DNA of 64,000 nt, from the NCBI GenBank assembly GCA_963665115.1, contig OY762007.1, forward strand, positions 4,512,001-4,576,000, written 5' to 3'. Source of the DNA: an uncultured Rivularia sp. GTDB lineage: Bacteria > Cyanobacteriota > Cyanobacteriia > Cyanobacteriales > Nostocaceae. Shown piece by piece: positions 57,918 to 64,000 of the stretch. Positions within the stretch are counted from its first letter, which is position 1. The number at the start of each line of letters is the position of its first letter. The position numbers and the translations under genes are program-made. The notes under the pieces were generated by a model, which searched no databases, was not told the origin of the DNA, and was given only the letters and a program-made list of their open reading frames with translations.

Positions 57918-58289
57918 TTAAGGAAATTTAACAGAAAAAGACCAGCTATAAGATTTTGTTTTATTGTCTATAGTCCGAAACCGAATTTCAGCACAATTAA
58001 TCCCTAGCTGAAAAGAATTCGGAGTATAAGAAATTTTGTAATAACTTTGAGGCCAGTCACGGGTGCCACCAATCCGAGCTTGTTTGGTGACATCTACTCC
58101 ATTCACAAATAGTTGCACCGAGCCACGTTCAGCTTCTTCTCCCAAATTAAAATTTAATGCAGCACCAACAAACTGTACAGAAGTCTGTGCTGAGCTTTCT
58201 GTAGGAAACACTTCTAACAGTTGAGGAGGTGGAGGCGCAGAAGAACCCATCAACAAAAAACTTAATAAAATTGCAGAAATCTGCTTCAT
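57918..58289 (-). CDS. small secreted hypothetical protein (Ig-like fold possible)
   Basis: signal peptide MKQISAILLSFLLMGS, LFVNGVDVT, YSWSF. Confidence 0.65.
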   Translation of the reverse strand: MKQISAILLSFLLMGSSAPPPPQLLEVFPTESSAQTSVQFVGAALNFNLGEEAERGSVQLFVNGVDVTKQARIGGTRDWPQSYYKISYTPNSFQLGINCAEIRFRTIDNKTKSYSWSFSVKFP

Positions 58290-59065
58290 TGGAAAGTTAC
58301 CTATAACTAATGCTTAAGATAGGAATAAAACCTAAAAGTAGCTTTGTGAAGCAAGTTCTATCACTTTGGCACTATCAAACTATACAAATGCTTGTTAAAG
58401 AAGGAGTTAACAAATCGATAGTAAGGATATGCAGTTTTTGTTCTGTACATACTCTTTAGACAAAAATAAACTTAAAATTGTTTCCTAATATTTAGGATTA
58501 CATCTGTACTATCGCTACTCTACTAATTAGGACTTACTAAATAAAATTATAAACCTTATTAAATAAGGTTTTCAAGCCTTTTTTTATAACTGCAAGATTA
58601 TAGCACCAACAAGCTCAAAATCCTTGCACTTTCGTAATAAATTATTGGGGAAGTTTGGCAGCTAAGCCGCTAAACCTACTATTTTTAGAGATGTGTAGAC
58701 TTTGCTCTGTAGGATTTTTCCGCAAGCCTAATTACACACACGAGTTTTTTAGGCTTTCTCGGATATTCTTAAATATCTAAATTAATCGCAATCTTATTAA
58801 TGTTAGGTTACGACACGATAATTATAAAGTAGGCGTTACAAACGAAATTTGCCACGGGAATGTCTAACCCAACCTACAAGCTAACTGTTTAATTAGTTTT
58901 TGTGGTGGGCATTTATTTGTCCACCGTTAAATTATTTCAAATTTATATAACTACCTATCTTGCTGTAAATAGCATCTTATTTTGCTTTGTTGTGCATGAT
59001 TTACAGATAGGAAGGATAAAATTGCTTTTTTCGCCTTAAAAAAATCGCCATATTTAGATTAAACA

Positions 59066-59416
59066 TTGAATATTAACTTAGACGAAAAACTTAATAAGCT
59101 TGGTATAAGCCCATGTTGAGAAAAATATTTGAGTCCTCTGACAGAAACAGAAATTAAAAATATTGAACTAGAACTGGCAACAGTTCTCCCAAAAGATTAT
59201 CGAAGATTTCTTGCTAGGTATGGAGAATCGGATTTTGAGGAGTGTTCTTGTTACTCTACCGACGGCGGAGGAATTTTTCCTGGTACTTTCTTTGGCAAAA
59301 ATATTGAACAAGCAATTTTAGAATATAGCGAAAGACTTCCTGAGTTGATGATTCCAATTAATGAGGATGTAGCAAACAACTTGATTGGGCAGAGTCTCCT
59401 TAAACAGCATTCCTAG
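59066..59416 (+). pseudogene. SMI1/KNR4 (SUKH) immunity-like gene, interrupted and truncated
   Basis: EIKNIELELATVLPKDYRRFL motif; upstream TTG frame has an in-frame TGA; 3' end runs into a GGCTGGGAACGAG repeat. Confidence 0.65.
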
Positions 59417-59577
59417 CCCGGAGGCTGGGAACGAGTCATTAGATATTATCTCTTAGCCCGTGAAGACGGGCTTTGTTTCTGTAGCCCCAGACTTCTAGTC
59501 TGAGGGCAGATTGAGGACGAACATTTGAGATTTACTTTAATAAGCAATGCCCCATCCCCAATCCCCCATGCCCAAAC

Positions 59578-60648
59578 TTACTTCCTTTCCGGATGTTTGG
59601 TATCTTCAACCGAAGGATGTCCCATTTGGTTAATCGTTGCAATCATTTGATACAATCTTCCCAAATCCTTTTGATTGAAGTGCAACAGCAAGCGTGGAAG
59701 TCCAACAGCTTCGTCAGTTGCTTCTTGTGGTAAAGCCTGACTTTTCTCAATTTTTCCTTTCACCAAAATGCTGCTGAATTCAGTATTTAGCTTATCTACT
59801 TCAGCATCAGATAATTCTGACTTTAAGCGAATCACTAGGCGATCGCTCACATAGCGACTGGAATGATAAACTTTGAAAAATTGAGTTATAGCATCACAAG
59901 CAACCTGTAAGTTGTCTGTAACGGTATACAAACTCGGATCTTCAGGGCTTACTAAACCTTTTGCAACTAACTGTTTATCAATATATTCGCTCCAGGATTT
60001 CCAATAATCGCCACCGGGATGATCGATTAAAATCAACGGCACTGGGCCGAATTTACCAGTTTGACTCAAAGTCATGCACTCGAATGCTTCGTCTTGAGTG
60101 CCAAAACCACCGGGAAATAAAGCTACTGCATCGCTTTCTTTAAGCAAAAAGAGCTTGCGGGTAAAGAAATATTTAAAGTGGATTAGTTTATCATCACCCT
60201 CAATAATTGGGTTCGCCTCTTGTTCAAACGGCAATTCTATATTCAAACCAAAGGAATTTTCTCTTCCAGCACCTTCATGTCCGGCGTGCATTATTCCACC
60301 ACCGCCACCTGTAATTACCATGAATCCTAACTCAGACACGCAGCGCCCAAAATCCCTTGCCATTTTATAGTCTGGTGTTTCTGGAGATAACCGTGCCGAA
60401 CCAAATATGGTAACTTTGCGAACGTGACGGTAAGAATGAAACAACTGGAAACCCCGTTCCATATCTGCCAAAGATGACGATAATATTTTCCAATCTAGCC
60501 GGTCGATTTCTTCTTCTTGGGAAAGCCGTAATACAGTATTTAAAGCCTGCTCGATGTATTTCCGATTTTTTAACTTCGGTAATTTTTCTATTAACTCAAC
60601 GATATCCGTTTGAAGATGCTCTGATATATAAAAATCATTGGAGGTCAT
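59578..60648 (-). CDS. LOG-family nucleotide 5'-monophosphate nucleosidase
   Basis: IFGSAR, TGGGGGIM, FFTRK, PGGFGTQDE. Confidence 0.9.
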   Translation of the reverse strand: MTSNDFYISEHLQTDIVELIEKLPKLKNRKYIEQALNTVLRLSQEEEIDRLDWKILSSSLADMERGFQLFHSYRHVRKVTIFGSARLSPETPDYKMARDFGRCVSELGFMVITGGGGGIMHAGHEGAGRENSFGLNIELPFEQEANPIIEGDDKLIHFKYFFTRKLFLLKESDAVALFPGGFGTQDEAFECMTLSQTGKFGPVPLILIDHPGGDYWKSWSEYIDKQLVAKGLVSPEDPSLYTVTDNLQVACDAITQFFKVYHSSRYVSDRLVIRLKSELSDAEVDKLNTEFSSILVKGKIEKSQALPQEATDEAVGLPRLLLHFNQKDLGRLYQMIATINQMGHPSVEDTKHPERK

Positions 60649-61225
60649 GACAGTTGATGCCAAAATAACATTACAATTTACGCTCAATTTGGTGTAGAGT
60701 CTGTTTCCCGCCCCGTTACGGGGGTTTATAGTCCACAATCTATTATTTTGAACTCGATCGGTCCTTAAAGGGGATGGTATTTCTACTTATTAATTGATAA
60801 TCGGCAACATTCAAGCTATAAGAATAAGCGCACAATTAAATTAATAGACCTGAATTTGTGTCGAAAAAGGAAAGTTTGATTACTTTTTAACATTAAAAAC
60901 CACCTCTGGTTAATAAAACCAAGGCTCTTGTGACGATTGCCGTCGTCAACTTTTGCCAGTGGAGTAATCGTTTATTAATATAGATTTTTATTTAAAATAT
61001 AAAACTGACGTATATTGGTACGTCTGTATCTATACGAATATTTTATAGCTCCAAAAGTTGCATTTTAAACTTAACTTACTTTGTATCACCCATGCAAGCA
61101 AAACAAAAGTTTGATTGAAAGCTGCCTAAAATTCACTTGATTATTAGTGTTGGATTTAAAGCGATAATCCTCGTCCAAGAAAGGGCGAGGAGCATTTAAC
61201 GAGATCGGAAATAAATTTTGAATAC

Positions 61226-62848
61226 CTAATCAGTTTCAGGAAATACTTGTACTTTACCATTAGGGTTAAGAACTGCACGAACTCTTACATTCTGTCCGTT
61301 GCGACTAGAGTCAACGAAAGGTTGACCAATTTTGGGAATACCGGCTCTATCAACATTATCTCTCGCAGCTTTTCCTAAAGGAAGAAGTTGTTCGAGGGCA
61401 CCATCAACGCCTACTGTCATACTGTATTCCAAAGGCTGTGATAAGCCGCTAGGTGGTTTCCAGCGTTTGCTGAGATAACTTCTGATTTGGGCAACTTGAT
61501 TGGTATCGAATAACGTTTCGCTGTTGGCAGCAGCTGTTGTTGTAGGTGATTTGCTACCGTTATTTGCTGGGGCAGAGCGATTTTCTCTTAATTGTGTTGC
61601 TAAATCGTTATTAGATTTAGGCAAATTTGTCAGCAAATCTTTTTGACTATTTCCACTTTGAGGAATTGCATCTGCTTGTTTTGAGGGAATTATAGGTGTA
61701 GATGGATTAATCAATGAAGGTAAGCTAGTTTTACTTTTAGGAGTTGATGCAGAAAGATTTCCTCCAAGATTGGGTTTCGATTCAAGTCCCCCGTTAGTTT
61801 TCGCGGATGGAGAATTTGGGGAAATAGTAAAATTTGGTTTTCCCAATTGCGGTTTTGTCGCTGTGCTACTACCAAAACTACTGCTACCTAATGGCGGTAA
61901 AGGAATGTTCGACAAACTACTTGACGGATTTGTAGAGGCTGAAGGAAAGGTTGTACCAGGCTTTTGAGTTGCTGCTAAGTTTGGAAGGGGAGATGCCCCC
62001 GGCGCAGGTGAAGAGGCATTAGGAAGATTTAAACCCGTACCTAAAGTTGGTAATGGCGATATATTCGGTAAAGGGGTGAGCGAACTTTGTGGCGTTGGTA
62101 ATGGAGTTAACAAAGATGTAGAAGCAGCGTCATTACCAATTTCTTTGTTCGCTGTTGCCACAGTTTCACCCGTCTTATTTTCTTCTCGAAGACGGTTAGC
62201 ATATTGTAAAGTAAGTGGCATTAAACCCAAGCCTAGTACCAGCACCGCTGCAACAGGTGCCCAAGCAGGTATTGCAAAGCGGCTGCTACGCGGTTGTTGA
62301 ATATCGGTAGGTAAAGCAACTACATCAGCCATATATTCATCTAAAGCTGTTGCTAAATCAAACAATTGCAGCAAACCCAATTGAATTGAAGCCCCGCTGA
62401 CTTGGTTCGCTAAGGAACCAAGAAACAGTTGATGAGTCAAGTTGCTGCTTGGTTGTAAATAAATATTTCCCTTATAAGCAAATTCGTTTCTAGCATTAGA
62501 AATATCTGACTCTAAGTTAGGAACATCTTCTACCGATGTTGGCTTAGATGCTGTACTAGTCGAATGTGCTTCAACTCTCGAAGCCCAGAAATTTTCTGGT
62601 GGCTGTTGCAAGATTTCCTGTACGTAACCTGAGACTGCCGTAGATAAAGCTTCCAACCGATCCCGGTCGCCTTGGACTACAATAAGTTCTTTTTCTGGTT
62701 GTCGCGGATCGTCAAAACGAAGATTAAATCTAACCTGCTTGAGAACGGATTTACCCATCCAACGCGACAAAGGAGAACTTTGCGCCACAACTTCTAACGT
62801 GCAGGTAGGCGGCGTATACCGACGAATCACTGAATTTGATAGAGGCAT
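61226..62848 (-). CDS. DUF4335 family membrane protein
   Basis: RRYTPPTCTLE, QLFDLATALDEY, TM segment, Pro/Ser linker. Confidence 0.75.
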   Translation of the reverse strand: MPLSNSVIRRYTPPTCTLEVVAQSSPLSRWMGKSVLKQVRFNLRFDDPRQPEKELIVVQGDRDRLEALSTAVSGYVQEILQQPPENFWASRVEAHSTSTASKPTSVEDVPNLESDISNARNEFAYKGNIYLQPSSNLTHQLFLGSLANQVSGASIQLGLLQLFDLATALDEYMADVVALPTDIQQPRSSRFAIPAWAPVAAVLVLGLGLMPLTLQYANRLREENKTGETVATANKEIGNDAASTSLLTPLPTPQSSLTPLPNISPLPTLGTGLNLPNASSPAPGASPLPNLAATQKPGTTFPSASTNPSSSLSNIPLPPLGSSSFGSSTATKPQLGKPNFTISPNSPSAKTNGGLESKPNLGGNLSASTPKSKTSLPSLINPSTPIIPSKQADAIPQSGNSQKDLLTNLPKSNNDLATQLRENRSAPANNGSKSPTTTAAANSETLFDTNQVAQIRSYLSKRWKPPSGLSQPLEYSMTVGVDGALEQLLPLGKAARDNVDRAGIPKIGQPFVDSSRNGQNVRVRAVLNPNGKVQVFPETD

Positions 62849-62872
62849 GGCAGTAAATGCGTCTTGGACATT

Positions 62873-63478
62873 TCAAAATTTTGTTGAACGGTCTATAAGT
62901 GCTAGCCAGAGACGGCGGTGTCCACCGGGACCACTGTAAAAAACTAAATCTATCAGTAGTTTGAGTGCCAAATTGGTGAGTATATTTGTGGATATATTCT
63001 CATCCTCTTCCATCCGTTCTTGATAAGTGTTGCAGAAAGCATCGATGTAATCTCCCAATAAGGCAGAATAATGAGGTTCGCGGTTATTTTGAGCATTTTG
63101 CTCTAACAAGTCAACAGCACGGCGAATTAATTCTTGGTGCTGCTTAGCAAGATAGCAAGTAATCAAAACTAACGATCGCGCTTCCTCTACATCTAATTTT
63201 TTTCTGCCTCCTTGACCCTTACGTATGGGGTTAGATTGGCGCAGTCTCCATAGCGCCACCCGGTCTGGTACCCTTGATTCTAAATTAAGATTAATTGCCG
63301 CTGAGAGCATTGCCTCGGAACCAATGCCAGTCAAAGCTTCTAGCGCCAACAGCACCAAGTCAATTTGGGCCTTTATATCGTCCCATTGAATGGATGTTGG
63401 GGCGGCAATATTAGTTAAATCCTCCCACTGGGAACTAATAGTGGGTGAATCGCCAGCAGAGTGCATAACTTTAAGCAT
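62873..63478 (-). CDS. DUF3038 family protein
   Basis: DLVLLALEAL, LWRLRQSNP, GHRRLWLAL; adjacent to DUF4335. Confidence 0.8.
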   Translation of the reverse strand: MLKVMHSAGDSPTISSQWEDLTNIAAPTSIQWDDIKAQIDLVLLALEALTGIGSEAMLSAAINLNLESRVPDRVALWRLRQSNPIRKGQGGRKKLDVEEARSLVLITCYLAKQHQELIRRAVDLLEQNAQNNREPHYSALLGDYIDAFCNTYQERMEEDENISTNILTNLALKLLIDLVFYSGPGGHRRLWLALIDRSTKF

Positions 63479-63801
63479 AGGTGATCGGGCCTTTTGGGAC
63501 TGTTGCTGTTACCCATTTTGAAACCAGACTCTCAACATTTTATATTGGTTTCCGCAAGCTATAGCAAAAAACTCGCAATTCAGCAAGCTTTTTACCTGAT
63601 TTCAGTCAACAGCAATTCGTCTTTAACCTACTTTAGATTCAATTTCCATTTTGTCAAAGGGAAATTTTAGAATTGGTAATTGGTAATTGGTAATTGGTAA
63701 TTGGGCATTGGGCATTGGGCATTGGGAAGAGTTAAGAATTAGGAGTTAGGAGTTATGAATTAAGAATTTACTATTGGTAACTACTCACTACTTACTACTA
63801 A

Positions 63802-64000
63802 TCACTTAATGTAAGCAATAGTAACTCCAGTTCCACCATCATTTTGCGGTGCTGCTTCGTAATTGCTAATTCTGGGATGCTGCTTTAAAAATGCGTGAAC
63901 TCCTAAACGCAGTTTTCCGGTTCCATGTCCGTGAATTATCCATATTGCTCTTTCAGTTTCTGAAATTGCTTTATCCAAAATTAATTCACTATCTGCTACT
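63802..64000 (-). CDS. mutS2: MutS2 C-terminal Smr domain (partial, runs off the window)
   Basis: manual translation ..AIWIIHGHGTGKLRLGVHAFLKQHP..DGGTGVTIAYIK*. Confidence 0.85.
   Translation of the reverse strand, partial: VADSELILDKAISETERAIWIIHGHGTGKLRLGVHAFLKQHPRISNYEAAPQNDGGTGVTIAYIK

Noticed and set aside
60649..60738. longer start for the LOG protein
   Set aside because: Upstream extension looks like UTR; ATG at 60648 preferred

Overview
Chromosomal window from a filamentous, probably heterocyst-forming cyanobacterium (Nostocales, Rivularia/Calothrix-like). This is inferred from low GC, many HIP1 GCGATCGC sites, heptamer STRR arrays and gene content. Most of it is housekeeping and physiology: bicA, a DevBCA-type exporter with TetR, an iscS-like gene, three MscS channels, tocopherol cyclase, tRNA-Arg(CCT), plsX-fabH-fabD-plsC, lptC, metG, pepA and the mutS2 3' end. 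Ten or so genes, including essential ones, carry small insertions that are probably assembly errors clustered at GGGCC and GTTCT motifs. Main leads: (1) a translationally coupled DUF262 + HEPN two-gene candidate defence module whose nuclease gene is broken; (2) a Shango-like ATPase and Lhr-like helicase separated by ~25 kb; (3) a ~250 bp ORF-less IS200/IS605 derivative that appears to retain an omegaRNA-like region; (4) a strand-polarity rule for the intergenic heptamer repeats, which also points to an unannotated minus-strand sRNA; (5) a repeat-bounded variable hotspot after pepA with a nonsense-inactivated toxin and immunity gene; (6) a TetR with an extra RHH-like domain and two sets of candidate operators. 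All family assignments come from motif recognition, not database searches.
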